Shown here: positions 16,504-26,259 of the stretch, piece after piece
Layout: each line of letters opens with the position of its first letter
Numbering within the stretch: position 1 is the stretch's first letter
DNA from: a virus
Length of the DNA stretch: 64,000 nucleotides
Virus record (IMG/VR): IMGVR_UViG_3300046714_000360
Coordinates: 1-64,000 of that record
Direction: 5' to 3' (one strand)
Translations under genes and position numbers: made by a program
Notes under the pieces: model-generated
What the model saw: the letters and a program-made list of their open reading frames with translations, nothing else
Databases searched by the model: none
What the model was told of the DNA's origin: nothing

Positions 16504-17577
16504 ATGCAGCTAGGTACATATATCGCGTTGCAGGCAGGCAGTACTGTCATCCAGGCTCGGATTGTGAAGCGCGGTAAGAAGCACTGCGTTGTAAGTGAGG
16601 ATGGTAGCAAGAACCTTGGGTGCTCTCCTAGTCGTGGCGGTGCAGAACGGCGGCTTGAGCAAGTGGAGTACTTCAAGCACAAGGTGAGTGCAGGCGGACC
16701 TGGTAGTGGCTGTAATCCAGCAGTAGGACATTGCGGACGCCCAGCAGGCGCCAAGAACGATCTCGTCAAGTTCAAGAACCCAAAGACGCGCGATCAGAAG
16801 AAGTTTGCTAAGCAGGCGAAGCAGGCAGCAAAGCAAGCTGGCTTCAAAGCACCGCGTGTTGACAAGTCGTTCAAGACACACGTACAGCCATCTATTCAGC
16901 ACCAGCAGCCCTTCGAGCATCAAGATAAAGTCGTGCTTACTGAAGACATCTTCCGTGGTACCAAACGTTCGCGGGCCGGCGAAGAAGCTATCGTAGTGAA
17001 TGCACTACCCAAGGTCGCTCATCAAGAACAGATCTATTCAGTGCGTTTGCGTAATGGGCATGTGGAGTACGTGACACAGAGTCAGATTGCTAGACCAGCA
17101 GTGCTTAAGCCTGACGCACCTAAGCCAGCTCTGCAGCCACTTGAAGGTTCTCGGGTCAAGCAGTCATGGGCACGTGCAGATGGTTCTCGCTATACTGAGT
17201 TTTTCCCGTCGACTAAAGGCACAGATGCTGGTAGAACAGGTCAGCGCGATCCATTCAGTACAGCGCACAGTTTGAAAGGCGGCTTTGATAGACTGACAGA
17301 CGATGTGTATGTGCATGGCTCTGAGAACAGGATCACAAGCATTTACTCTGCCCAAGCTAAGTCGGGTGTGGAAGGTGCAGGCACTACAGTCTTTGTTCAT
17401 CGCTATCCGAGTGACAACAGGGTGAATATTCAAGAGTCGAGGACAGGTCAGTACAACTGGCAGTCCTCGTTGTTGAGGCAGTACAATTTTTCAGGCAAGC
17501 AGGCGATGACTAAAGCCATGACGTTCACCAAGACACGGTATGGCATCTCGCTCAAGCTTCCCAAGATGAGGTTCTAA
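16504..17577 (+). CDS. hypothetical (possibly virion-associated) protein with GGPGSGC..CGRP motif, 357 aa
   Basis: SAGGPGSGCNPAVGHCGRPAG at nt 16690-16749; ORF track. Confidence 0.7.
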   Translation: MQLGTYIALQAGSTVIQARIVKRGKKHCVVSEDGSKNLGCSPSRGGAERRLEQVEYFKHKVSAGGPGSGCNPAVGHCGRPAGAKNDLVKFKNPKTRDQKKFAKQAKQAAKQAGFKAPRVDKSFKTHVQPSIQHQQPFEHQDKVVLTEDIFRGTKRSRAGEEAIVVNALPKVAHQEQIYSVRLRNGHVEYVTQSQIARPAVLKPDAPKPALQPLEGSRVKQSWARADGSRYTEFFPSTKGTDAGRTGQRDPFSTAHSLKGGFDRLTDDVYVHGSENRITSIYSAQAKSGVEGAGTTVFVHRYPSDNRVNIQESRTGQYNWQSSLLRQYNFSGKQAMTKAMTFTKTRYGISLKLPKMRF

Positions 17578-17765
17578 TGCTCAGCCCAGGAGAAATCACA
17601 GCAGTGTTGTCACCAGAACAATATGCGCTATTGCATGAGAAGGTGTTCGAGGATGGTGGCAAAGCGTTTGGCGTCGAACACGTCACTAACAATCCGAATG
17701 CTCACAAAGGACCAATCGTCTCTGTTCGTGTCGATGGTACCAAGTCAAAGACGTACTACTTATAG
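17577..17765 (+). CDS. hypothetical protein, 62 aa
   Basis: TAATG overlap; ORF track. Confidence 0.5.
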   Translation: MLSPGEITAVLSPEQYALLHEKVFEDGGKAFGVEHVTNNPNAHKGPIVSVRVDGTKSKTYYL

Positions 17766-17818
17766 GTGGATGGACGCGATGTATGAAGAAATGAAATCGC
17801 TCTAAGGAGATATCGACA

Positions 17819-18721
17819 ATGTCCACTTTGCTACAAGCTGCTAGCTTAGCTAGCATGCGTGTGAATCCACCGACACGTCAAGCACCCAAGATACAGAGCA
17901 GCAAAGACTTAGTGACTTCACTAAAACACTCAGTCGTTTGGGGGAAAGAATGGCTCACTTCGAAACGCTTCGCCTTGATTGATCTCACTCTAGGCAGTGT
18001 AGCCAATCCTGTTCAGCCAGACCATAACCAGCTGATTCGTGCTATCCGCTTCGCAGCCGATTCTGTTCAGCCCATTGTGGTTGACTTGAACAAGAAAGAG
18101 ATTGGCATCATTCGCAGCTTCTGTCCCAAGGTTGTTGTGGTGCATGGTTCTGAGATCTATGCTGCCGCTGAGATACAAGGCAGGAGCACAGTCAAAGCCT
18201 GGATTGGTATCGATGCCGCTAAAGCATTGAAGATCAACATCAAGGCTGACCACGATATCGGTGTTGAGGAGCTGCGCTCTACTCTCAGCTCTAAGCTCAC
18301 AGGCAAGTTCAAGCCCATTGCCACGAACGGCATCTCAGATGCGTGGATCTCAGACATCTTCCCGTTTGAGAACTACTTTATCTATAAGCGGACTGGTAAG
18401 GATTGGAGGCAGGCGTACTCAGTTGACAGCGGACGCAATATCGCATTCGTGGGTGCTCCTGTTGAAGTGCGTGAGACCTATGTGGATGCCGCTCGCATTC
18501 GCGCTGGTGACAAAGGCATCCGCGTTGCTGCTCCTGCCACAAAGAAAGTCAAGAGGGAAGTGCCTCTCGGTACGCCTGACAATGCCATGGATGCCAAAAA
18601 GCCAAAGAAGGTGAAGAAGATGAAAGCGGATGGAGATGAGGAAGATGAGATGGCAGCAAGTCAAGGCTTGCGGCAACCATTGTATGCATCTGCCGTTATG
18701 GCTCATGGCGTTAGGAGGTAG
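17819..18721 (+). CDS. hypothetical protein, 300 aa; degenerate ParB-N-like segment (weak)
   Basis: TAAGGAG SD; VQPIVVDL..VVVVHGSEIYAAAEIQGRSTVKAWI resembles the ParB N-domain but lacks GxRR. Confidence 0.6.
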   Translation: MSTLLQAASLASMRVNPPTRQAPKIQSSKDLVTSLKHSVVWGKEWLTSKRFALIDLTLGSVANPVQPDHNQLIRAIRFAADSVQPIVVDLNKKEIGIIRSFCPKVVVVHGSEIYAAAEIQGRSTVKAWIGIDAAKALKINIKADHDIGVEELRSTLSSKLTGKFKPIATNGISDAWISDIFPFENYFIYKRTGKDWRQAYSVDSGRNIAFVGAPVEVRETYVDAARIRAGDKGIRVAAPATKKVKREVPLGTPDNAMDAKKPKKVKKMKADGDEEDEMAASQGLRQPLYASAVMAHGVRR

Positions 18722-18724
18722 CTC

Positions 18725-19108
18725 GTGCGTTTCATCGATCAAGCCCAACCAAGCAGCCTGAGTCGTAGGCTAGTGCGTTCGACTGTGCTTCAAACTGAAG
18801 GTGGTGTGAGGTTGTTAGCTAGCACAGCACCACCAACTGTTGTGCCTACGCCTCCCAAGACTCGCGAGGTCGAAGAGCATAAGCCTATCTTTCAGCTTCA
18901 TATAGTGCATGTGGCAGATGAAGTACGCCGCATTCGCAAAGGTGATGCAGAGAAGATTAGTTTGACTAAGGACTATGAACCGTTTCCCAAAGGTGTTGGT
19001 GGTGGCTACAAGACTACAATCTACCATGGCGTTGAGGCCTCCACTAAGAAGACCATTGTAATCACAAATGCCGAGGGCACAAAGGTAGTTAGAACCGAGA
19101 AGCTGTAA
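18725..19108 (+). CDS. hypothetical protein, 127 aa (GTG start)
   Basis: AGGAGG SD; ORF track. Confidence 0.55.
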   Translation: MRFIDQAQPSSLSRRLVRSTVLQTEGGVRLLASTAPPTVVPTPPKTREVEEHKPIFQLHIVHVADEVRRIRKGDAEKISLTKDYEPFPKGVGGGYKTTIYHGVEASTKKTIVITNAEGTKVVRTEKL

Positions 19109-19109
19109 A

Positions 19110-19637
19110 ATGACATTCATTCCTGATCAGCAGAACTTCGGTAAAGGTATGTGGATAGATCGTTTCGCCCCTGCCAGAGTACAAATTGTCATCCAACAAG
19201 TCGGTGGCGGAGGCAGTGGCTCTTCTGAACGGACAGACTTCGTTGAAGTGCCCAACGGTGTTCTACTAAGCTTTACGTTGCCCACGGTTCCCAGTGCCTT
19301 AAATCTTCAGGTGTATAGGAATGGTCAGTTGCTAGATGCACCAGGAGATTACACACTTGTAGGTGCTGTATGCACTTTCGGATTTGCACCAGCTACTGGA
19401 GATGTAATCGTAGCTTACTACGGAGGTGGCACTAGTAGGCAGCTTGTTAGTGGTGTACGTAATGGCACTAATAAAGTGTTCACGTTGCCCTCTGCGCCAG
19501 CTTCTACATCATTGCAGTTCTTTTGGAACGGTCTGCTCCAGCATGAAGGTGTTAGCGATGACTATGTATTGTCTGGAAACCAAATAACAATGACACTCGC
19601 ACCAGGCGCCACTGACTCGCTAGTCGCCTACTTCTAA
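19110..19637 (+). CDS. virion/fibre-associated protein with two tandem ~60-aa modules, 175 aa
   Basis: Internal repeat ..FTLP..P..L..NG.L...DY.L.G....... ..Y; same module at the C-terminus of the next ORF. Confidence 0.6.
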   Translation: MTFIPDQQNFGKGMWIDRFAPARVQIVIQQVGGGGSGSSERTDFVEVPNGVLLSFTLPTVPSALNLQVYRNGQLLDAPGDYTLVGAVCTFGFAPATGDVIVAYYGGGTSRQLVSGVRNGTNKVFTLPSAPASTSLQFFWNGLLQHEGVSDDYVLSGNQITMTLAPGATDSLVAYF

Positions 19638-19648
19638 AGGAGAAGTAT

Positions 19649-20314
19649 ATGTACTCAGTACAAAAGAGATCGACTCCTAATAAGCCATGGATAAGCATGA
19701 TGCATCGCCTCGGCATATTCATCGTTGCTTTGGCTGTCTCGCTTCCGCTGCTTGCCGCTGTTACACAGTTCGACTTGACAACACAGGTCAAAGGCACTCT
19801 GCCATTTGGCAACGGTGGAACAAACGCAACGTCTATTAGTACTGGTGTTGTCCGCTCCAACGGTTCAACATTATCAGGTTCTGAGCTATCAGGCGATGCT
19901 ACTACATCGAGTTCCAACGCAGTGACTGTTGTCAAAGTAAACGGTACGTCTGTGCCTACCAATGCCGCTGCCGATCAGCTTTTACTCACTACTGCTTCTG
20001 CTACAGGAGGGTGGGCAAGTATAACTAATTGCCCGACTGGCGCACTTCAGTATGCTACTGCATCTCATACGTTCGCTTGTGGTACAGTGTTGACAGGCAC
20101 CTTCGTTGATGATGAAACTCCGACTGGTGCTATTAATGGAGCCAATACCAGCTATACGTTAGCTTTTGCCCCGAGTCCAGCAGGTAGCCTTGCTCTGTAT
20201 AAGAACGGCCAGAAGCTAACGCTTACTGGTGACTATACGTTGAGCTCGTTGACCATTACTGCTGTGACAGCTCCGAAGACAGGCGATACACTCACCGCAT
20301 CATACAGACACTAA
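19649..20314 (+). CDS. tail fibre-like protein, 221 aa
   Basis: AAAGGAG SD; VTQFDLTTQVKGTLPFGNGGTNAT (fibre-type N-terminal motif shared with next ORF); Thr/Ser/Gly-rich. Confidence 0.6.
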   Translation: MYSVQKRSTPNKPWISMMHRLGIFIVALAVSLPLLAAVTQFDLTTQVKGTLPFGNGGTNATSISTGVVRSNGSTLSGSELSGDATTSSSNAVTVVKVNGTSVPTNAAADQLLLTTASATGGWASITNCPTGALQYATASHTFACGTVLTGTFVDDETPTGAINGANTSYTLAFAPSPAGSLALYKNGQKLTLTGDYTLSSLTITAVTAPKTGDTLTASYRH

Positions 20315-20328
20315 AAAGAGGAGCAAGT

Positions 20329-23217
20329 ATGAAACGGATTGTTAACGCCATCGACGAGTACCTAAAGACTCATGACATTTGGGGCAGGCGGAAAGTTCCA
20401 GTTGAGCTAGAAGCCTCTCAGGAGCTTGATGAGTATCTTAAGACACACGATATCCATGGGAATCTGTTAATGACTCCCGCTACTCCCGATGTAGGCAATT
20501 CTGAACATGAGGAGAGCCTACCGCTACCTGCAGAATTCTATGAGCCCACTTCCCGTAGGCGCACAAGGAAGCCTACTCTCAGTCAACGTGTCGCTGTGTT
20601 TGTTATTTTGGCTACTTGCTTTTTAGCAGCTTTCACAGTAACACAGTTCGATCTGTCTACACAAGTGAAAGGTAAGCTGCCCCAAGCCAGTTTGCCAGAT
20701 ACACTTGATGCTCCTTATTGGGGTAATGCTCCAAGGTTCGATGCATCAGATGCGAAGTTTGCTGGTGCTGATATGTGTGGCAATCTTGTGAATGTGTTGT
20801 CTGATGCTACTTACCTTGCCGCCACAGCAGCTATCATTGATGCCACAGGTTTTGCAGGCGCACAGAATTGTACTACAAATCCGTTTCCTGCTACAGCTCA
20901 TCCGACAAAATGGATGTTTGGTTCTTCTTTACATGTCAACTTGACTGTTTTAGCGACTACTGTCGCACCACCGCCCACAGCTTCTGTGTTAACTGTTCCC
21001 GGCACACCAGGTTTGTCAACTTCTACTAGTGGTGGTTCTCTTGGTGCCTCTGCAGGCATTGGTGTTAAGACTGAATGGGAGTCTGTCTATAATCCAAGTA
21101 CGCCTTCAGCGGAAGGCACTATCACTACCGGCGCAGGTGCTACCAATAGTGTGACTGTTACATCTCCTACTAGTCCGCCATTTGGTGCTGTATGCTATGA
21201 TGTGTTCTCTGCAACGCCTGTAGGGAGTGGCTGGAAAAAGACAAATACAAATTGTATTCCGCTAGGTACGAATTTCGTTATCAAGACGATAGGGGCTGGT
21301 GCTGTTCCTGCAACCTCTAATAATGCGACCGTAGATACCTTTGAGGTTGACGGTGGTGGGTCTACTTGGTCATTGAATAATTCCGCCGCTGCATTGTCTA
21401 TTGGAACCGATGGCACCTATTTCCATGATTTGAATGTAGTCACTTCAGGTACATCAGCAAATGCTACAGGCTCTGTATACATCAATCAGAACGTGCAGTA
21501 CGCGATGATGGAAAGGATATCGTGTTCAGGTGGTGGTCACTGCATTCGTATGGATGCTAATGACTCTCACATCACGCTTAGAGACATCCACTGTAATGTT
21601 CCTACGACGTCGGCGAGTTGTATAGTCGCTGCCAATGGCAATTCAGATTTACGGATTTATAATGTGTTAGAAGACAATTCTGTAATTGCTACTGGCGGCA
21701 ATCTCCAAGGCGTTATTAATTTGAATGGTGCTACAGACTTTATTGTAGATGGTGTCATTGCCAGAGGCCTAGACTTTTCAAATATTACTAATGCAGCTGC
21801 GATCATTATTCAGAATAGCACTCGTGGCATCGTCACAAATTTTCAGTGTAAGGATCTTGTCAATTCAGATTGTGTTGCCGTACTTGCATTCTCGTCATTC
21901 ATTAACATCAGTAATGGAATTGTTACTGGCACAACTGTAGGTGCAGGTGCAGGTGTTGGTGCAAACAGTAATAACGGTGATGCAATAGATGTGTTCGGCG
22001 CCGGGCCAGTGCAAATCTCTAATGTGTATGCTAGTGGTTTGGGCCTTGTTGGTGGCAATCGTTTCCCGTGTTATGAATTCTACGACTCTAATCAGGTTGT
22101 AGCTACCAACATAACGTGTACAGGTTCTACAGGTGAAGGCGTAAACATGTTCGGCTGTACAGGCTGCAAGATTGATAATTCCACTATGACTCTGAACGGG
22201 AAGTCAGGGCTTTTGGCACAAGATGGGACAGCAACAGTTAGTTGTAATGGGACTACTACAGTCACGCGCACTGCAGGTTTTCCTTTCGGGCCCTGGCCAG
22301 TTGGTACGTCGATTACCATCAATGGCGTTGCACATACCATAGCAGTGGTGCCTACAGTTGATACTGTTCTTACGACAGCTGCTAACTGTACCACTGGTGC
22401 AGGACAGGCATTTATAATCTCTACGCAAGATACATCGCTCGGGAATGATCAGTTCGATGACAATGGAACTGCCTCAGTATCTGCTACGAGTTGTTCAGGT
22501 GTTGATCTTCTTGGCAGTAGCAATGTTAGTGTAGAAGGTGGCTCAGCGAATGATAATCATCCGACTGCCACTAAGAAGCAGTGTTTCGCAATTAACGCGA
22601 GTGGTGCAGGATCTTCTTTCAGTGCTTTTGCTTTTGACCCTTCTGGGAATCTCGGAGGTACTTGCTCTAACGAAGTAGGGCCTGCTGTTGCGGGTGACCA
22701 TTGGTTGTGTGACATTCCAAAGAAGAGTGCATTCAGCCTACGTGATCCAGGATCAGAGACCATCTTTACGAGTAATGTGAAACGTGTTACTGCCAATGTT
22801 ACGAACGGCTCGACGACGATGGCCAATTTGACTGGTATGGTTTGGAGTATAGGCGCTAGTAAGAAGTACAAAATTGAGTGTGATTTTATTTATCAGGCAG
22901 CCTCCACAGGTGGTTTGCAAATAGCCTTTACAGGTCCTGCATCACCTACACAGGTGGAGTACTGTATGCATGCAGACAGTTCTGCTACTGCATTAAATGA
23001 TGGAACTGCGTGTACGCCAGCTGCTAATGCGTCTTTTGCCACTAAGGTAGGTGCAGGTGTAGTGGCCACCATTAATACTAACTTCCCTGCTCGCTTTTCT
23101 GGTGTGATAGAGAACGGTACCTCTGCAGGGACTTTGCAAGTTCAGTTTGCCAGCGCCGCTGCTGTGAACACAATTGTCGAGCGCGGCTCATCTTGCGGTT
23201 TGTGGTCGATCAACTAA
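20329..23217 (+). CDS. tail fibre/tailspike-like protein with parallel beta-helix-like repeats, 962 aa
   Basis: VTQFDLSTQVKGKLP motif; long run of short N/G/T/V-rich repeats (..NVLEDNSVIATGGNLQGVINLNGATDFIVDGVIARG..). Confidence 0.7.
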   Translation: MKRIVNAIDEYLKTHDIWGRRKVPVELEASQELDEYLKTHDIHGNLLMTPATPDVGNSEHEESLPLPAEFYEPTSRRRTRKPTLSQRVAVFVILATCFLAAFTVTQFDLSTQVKGKLPQASLPDTLDAPYWGNAPRFDASDAKFAGADMCGNLVNVLSDATYLAATAAIIDATGFAGAQNCTTNPFPATAHPTKWMFGSSLHVNLTVLATTVAPPPTASVLTVPGTPGLSTSTSGGSLGASAGIGVKTEWESVYNPSTPSAEGTITTGAGATNSVTVTSPTSPPFGAVCYDVFSATPVGSGWKKTNTNCIPLGTNFVIKTIGAGAVPATSNNATVDTFEVDGGGSTWSLNNSAAALSIGTDGTYFHDLNVVTSGTSANATGSVYINQNVQYAMMERISCSGGGHCIRMDANDSHITLRDIHCNVPTTSASCIVAANGNSDLRIYNVLEDNSVIATGGNLQGVINLNGATDFIVDGVIARGLDFSNITNAAAIIIQNSTRGIVTNFQCKDLVNSDCVAVLAFSSFINISNGIVTGTTVGAGAGVGANSNNGDAIDVFGAGPVQISNVYASGLGLVGGNRFPCYEFYDSNQVVATNITCTGSTGEGVNMFGCTGCKIDNSTMTLNGKSGLLAQDGTATVSCNGTTTVTRTAGFPFGPWPVGTSITINGVAHTIAVVPTVDTVLTTAANCTTGAGQAFIISTQDTSLGNDQFDDNGTASVSATSCSGVDLLGSSNVSVEGGSANDNHPTATKKQCFAINASGAGSSFSAFAFDPSGNLGGTCSNEVGPAVAGDHWLCDIPKKSAFSLRDPGSETIFTSNVKRVTANVTNGSTTMANLTGMVWSIGASKKYKIECDFIYQAASTGGLQIAFTGPASPTQVEYCMHADSSATALNDGTACTPAANASFATKVGAGVVATINTNFPARFSGVIENGTSAGTLQVQFASAAAVNTIVERGSSCGLWSIN

Positions 23218-23227
23218 AGGAGGCCCT

Positions 23228-23512
23228 ATGGGCGCCGGAGTATTAGGCGAGTATAATTTTATTTATGCTGACTACTCGCCATTGCAGCAAGATCCATCAG
23301 CACCAGCGACTATCATGTGCAATGTCTCATACACTGAGCCGTCGACTGGTACAGACTTTGGCTTTAAGGCGTTTTACATCACAGTGGCTATCGGTGATAC
23401 TCCTGCTGATACCACTGCCAATATCAGGGCAGAGATTCTCAGAAAGATCAATGAAGACAATGAGACCAGTTATGTCGATGCTGATCTCCAGCTTCGTGCA
23501 AATCTAGATTAA
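23228..23512 (+). CDS. hypothetical protein, 94 aa
   Basis: AAAGGAGG SD before ATG23228. Confidence 0.55.
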   Translation: MGAGVLGEYNFIYADYSPLQQDPSAPATIMCNVSYTEPSTGTDFGFKAFYITVAIGDTPADTTANIRAEILRKINEDNETSYVDADLQLRANLD

Positions 23513-23521
23513 TCCAACGAG

Positions 23522-23977
23522 GTGGCTGTGGACGCTGTTATAGTCAAGAAGACGTTAGTAGAAACGCCTAGCGGTAGGATAGAGATAATTCATAATGGTG
23601 TGTTTACAGTGCTTCAGTACAACACATCTTGTGAAGATGCTCTGCCCTACTGCAAAGGCATGTGTTGTGGTCTTCGTGCTGGCTACAATGTTCTATTAAA
23701 ACCAGGTGAAGAAAAAGAGTTTGAGTCCATTCCTCACCCTATGTACCTTGGACGATACATGCTTGCATCTGACCCAAAAGACATGCACTGTGTCTATCAG
23801 GATAAGATGAACGGATTCTGTACAATACACAGTAACAAGCCGCAAGGCTGCCGCGATTGGCATTGCTCTCCAGGCGGGCAAGGTGAGGACGTTGTGAAGC
23901 GAGATCTCGGTTGGTTCCTAAGTCCGATGCAAGGCAATCTGCAAGACAAGGAGATCAAAGATGCCGAACTTGCTTGA
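23522..23977 (+). CDS. Cys-cluster protein of the YkgJ/FliB (CxxCxxCC-like) type, 151 aa
   Basis: CEDALPYCKGMCCG and HCVYQDKMNGFCTIHSNKPQGCRDWHC resemble the UPF0153 pattern; spacing is not canonical. Confidence 0.45.
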   Translation: MAVDAVIVKKTLVETPSGRIEIIHNGVFTVLQYNTSCEDALPYCKGMCCGLRAGYNVLLKPGEEKEFESIPHPMYLGRYMLASDPKDMHCVYQDKMNGFCTIHSNKPQGCRDWHCSPGGQGEDVVKRDLGWFLSPMQGNLQDKEIKDAELA

Positions 23978-24776
23978 AGCCGTTTCCGCACAGCTTCCAC
24001 AAGATGTTGTGTTACATGCTGTGTCTAACTCGAAAGTGAATGGGAAGGACGACAAAGTCATGCTCACTCATAGTCTCGGTGTGAGTAGAGAGCCTGACGA
24101 TGCTCACAGAGAGTTGAACTCACTCGGTTACACAGTGACACGTGCGTCAACAGTCACACATCAGAACGTTGCCAAGCCTGGCAGTACGCGCCAGCTGACA
24201 CCACAAGGCACACAGACCTGGAAGTACAATCATCCGCAGGGTTACAAGGCCGAGATGAACATGCGGGACAGTGGCGGTACTTCTGTCATGATCAATGGGC
24301 CACGTCATCACCATGAACGCTTTCGGGATCGCATGGACATGAAGCCACATCCTGAGTTCAAGAAGATGGATGCAGACAAAGCCAAGGCCACACAAGACGC
24401 CAAGAAACCAAAGGTGCGTGTTGATGCACGCAGCGATGTTGAGCTTGCCTTATCCCGTAGCCACTTGTATGTGAAAGCAGGCGGGCCTGGCAGCGGGCGT
24501 CATCCAGGTGCTTTAAAAGATGCTGGCTTCAAGAAAGACAACGGTATCAGCCGTCGGGCAAGTTCTGCCACTCAAGAGAATCACTATCAGCATGCGAATG
24601 GTGCTTATTATAAGGTCACTCGCAATGTGGACCAAGCTGGAAAACAGACAGATGTGAAAAGCTGGCGTCACATGAGTCAAGACAGTAAGTCTACTAAAGG
24701 AGATGGCGAGGCTAGTCTAGTTGCCCATATAAAGAACACAGGTAGACAAGGCATCAGTCGTTACGAAACAAAGTAA
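23961..24776 (+). CDS. hypothetical protein with GGPGSGR motif, 271 aa
   Basis: KAGGPGSGRHPG at nt 24477-24509; AAGGAG SD. Confidence 0.65.
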   Translation: MPNLLEAVSAQLPQDVVLHAVSNSKVNGKDDKVMLTHSLGVSREPDDAHRELNSLGYTVTRASTVTHQNVAKPGSTRQLTPQGTQTWKYNHPQGYKAEMNMRDSGGTSVMINGPRHHHERFRDRMDMKPHPEFKKMDADKAKATQDAKKPKVRVDARSDVELALSRSHLYVKAGGPGSGRHPGALKDAGFKKDNGISRRASSATQENHYQHANGAYYKVTRNVDQAGKQTDVKSWRHMSQDSKSTKGDGEASLVAHIKNTGRQGISRYETK

Positions 24777-24777
24777 G

Positions 24778-25032
24778 ATGTCTGTGCTCAAGATCCAGTC
24801 CGTGATAGACAATCGTTACCGGCAGCTTAGGCTGAAGGTGATTCGCGGAGAGATGTCTGTAGAGGAATGCAAGACTAGGCTGCAAGCTAGGTTTACTGCT
24901 TGTGTTAGTCTACAGCGCCAGCGAGGAGACTTGTATCTCTCTTCTGCTGCGAAGAGGAGTTTCGCCTATTCAGCTAAGGTTGAGGCAGCTGCAGATAGAG
25001 AATGGTTAGGAAAGAAGGAGGACAATGAGTAA
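24778..25032 (+). CDS. hypothetical protein, 84 aa
   Basis: ORF track; starts 1 nt after upstream stop. Confidence 0.5.
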   Translation: MSVLKIQSVIDNRYRQLRLKVIRGEMSVEECKTRLQARFTACVSLQRQRGDLYLSSAAKRSFAYSAKVEAAADREWLGKKEDNE

Positions 25033-25801
25033 TCGATTAGCAACGTTCAGTGGGAAGTTTGGAGATATCTTGTGGTCACTTGCCACAGTCCGGCAGCTTG
25101 CACTCCGTTACAACAAGCAGCTCGATTTTGCGTGTATGCCACAGTATGTGTCGCTCATTCCGCTTATCCTTAATCAGGAGTACATTGACCACGCGTTCGT
25201 ATTGAATGAATGGACATGTACTGGTTCTCCGCACGGTGATCAGCCGTGGCAAGCACCAGTTTCGAATTTAGCCTATGAGGAAGTGTTTCACCTAACTTAC
25301 CAGCGGCATCCATCGCCGACGCCCCTAGCGCTGTTTATCGCACAACAAAACGGTGTCCAGTTGGATGGCTCACCCTTCTTAGACACACAACATTGGGAAC
25401 AATGGGCCAAGGGTGTTGCTGCACAGACTCCCTATATTGCTTATGCCTTTAATCCGTTGCACGCCGAGCAGAAGCTACAGTTTCTAGCGCAGCTACAGGT
25501 GCTTTGCAAACAAGGTGGTGAAAGTAATCCGCTTTGGGGATTCGAGTTTCTAGATCTTACTCAGTATGAATGGGTACAGACACCAGCTCTTATAGATAGT
25601 GCGCTTGCCTTTGTCGGGTGCAGGTCTGCGAACTACGTGATCGCTCACGGTGTAGGGCAGAAGGTGGTGTGCTACGAACCAGAACCGTGGCGCACTGAAT
25701 GTACATATGGTTATCCGTATGGTACAGAAAAGCTTTGCATGAATTCAGAAGTAGCCCATGCTCAGTTGCTTGAATGGGTGAAGGACTGGAAACCAATTTA
25801 A
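25025..25801 (+). CDS. GT9 (heptosyltransferase)-like glycosyltransferase, 258 aa
   Basis: GAAGGAGG SD; FGDILWSLATVRQL and C-terminal LAFVGCRSANYVIAHGVGQKVV resemble GT9 motifs. Confidence 0.5.
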   Translation: MSNRLATFSGKFGDILWSLATVRQLALRYNKQLDFACMPQYVSLIPLILNQEYIDHAFVLNEWTCTGSPHGDQPWQAPVSNLAYEEVFHLTYQRHPSPTPLALFIAQQNGVQLDGSPFLDTQHWEQWAKGVAAQTPYIAYAFNPLHAEQKLQFLAQLQVLCKQGGESNPLWGFEFLDLTQYEWVQTPALIDSALAFVGCRSANYVIAHGVGQKVVCYEPEPWRTECTYGYPYGTEKLCMNSEVAHAQLLEWVKDWKPI

Positions 25802-25812
25802 GGAGAAGAAGT

Positions 25813-26259
25813 ATGCGTTTGATGAAGCCGAGTCCAGGAGAGGCGTATGACCGCATTACAATCCTGAGCTTAAAAATTCAAGCTGCACAAGGAAGAGGTC
25901 TGCTAACATCTAAAGCTGTGTTCGAGGAAGAGCACAGCGCATTAGTCGACTACATGATCGAGAAGCATTACACAGTGCCGACTGGTCTCGGTGATGAGAT
26001 GTTCAAGATCAACAGTCGGCTTTGGGACTTGGAGGATCAGCAACGGGAAATTTTAGCTCGTATCACAGATCCCTTGAGATGCGAGGAGCCGTATGCATAC
26101 AGCTTCTTGAACAATGCTATTACTGTCCTCCGGTTGAATGATGCCCGCGCAGAGACAGTGCAGAAGATCAATGCTGCTTGCGGAGTCAACGCACCAGAAA
26201 AACTTCACTACGTGAAGGAGTCTCAGATTGCAAACGCTGATCAAGACCATTCAGGCTGA
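25813..26259 (+). CDS. hypothetical protein, 148 aa (LWDLED motif)
   Basis: TAAGGAG SD before ATG25813; motif is reminiscent of DUF4254 from memory only. Confidence 0.5.
   Translation: MRLMKPSPGEAYDRITILSLKIQAAQGRGLLTSKAVFEEEHSALVDYMIEKHYTVPTGLGDEMFKINSRLWDLEDQQREILARITDPLRCEEPYAYSFLNNAITVLRLNDARAETVQKINAACGVNAPEKLHYVKESQIANADQDHSG

Noticed and set aside
19760-20682. A diversity-generating retroelement (template/variable repeat) explanation for the sequence shared between the two fibre genes
   Set aside because: The shared part is a conserved N-terminal motif, not a C-terminal variable region with A-specific differences. No reverse transcriptase is present in the window.
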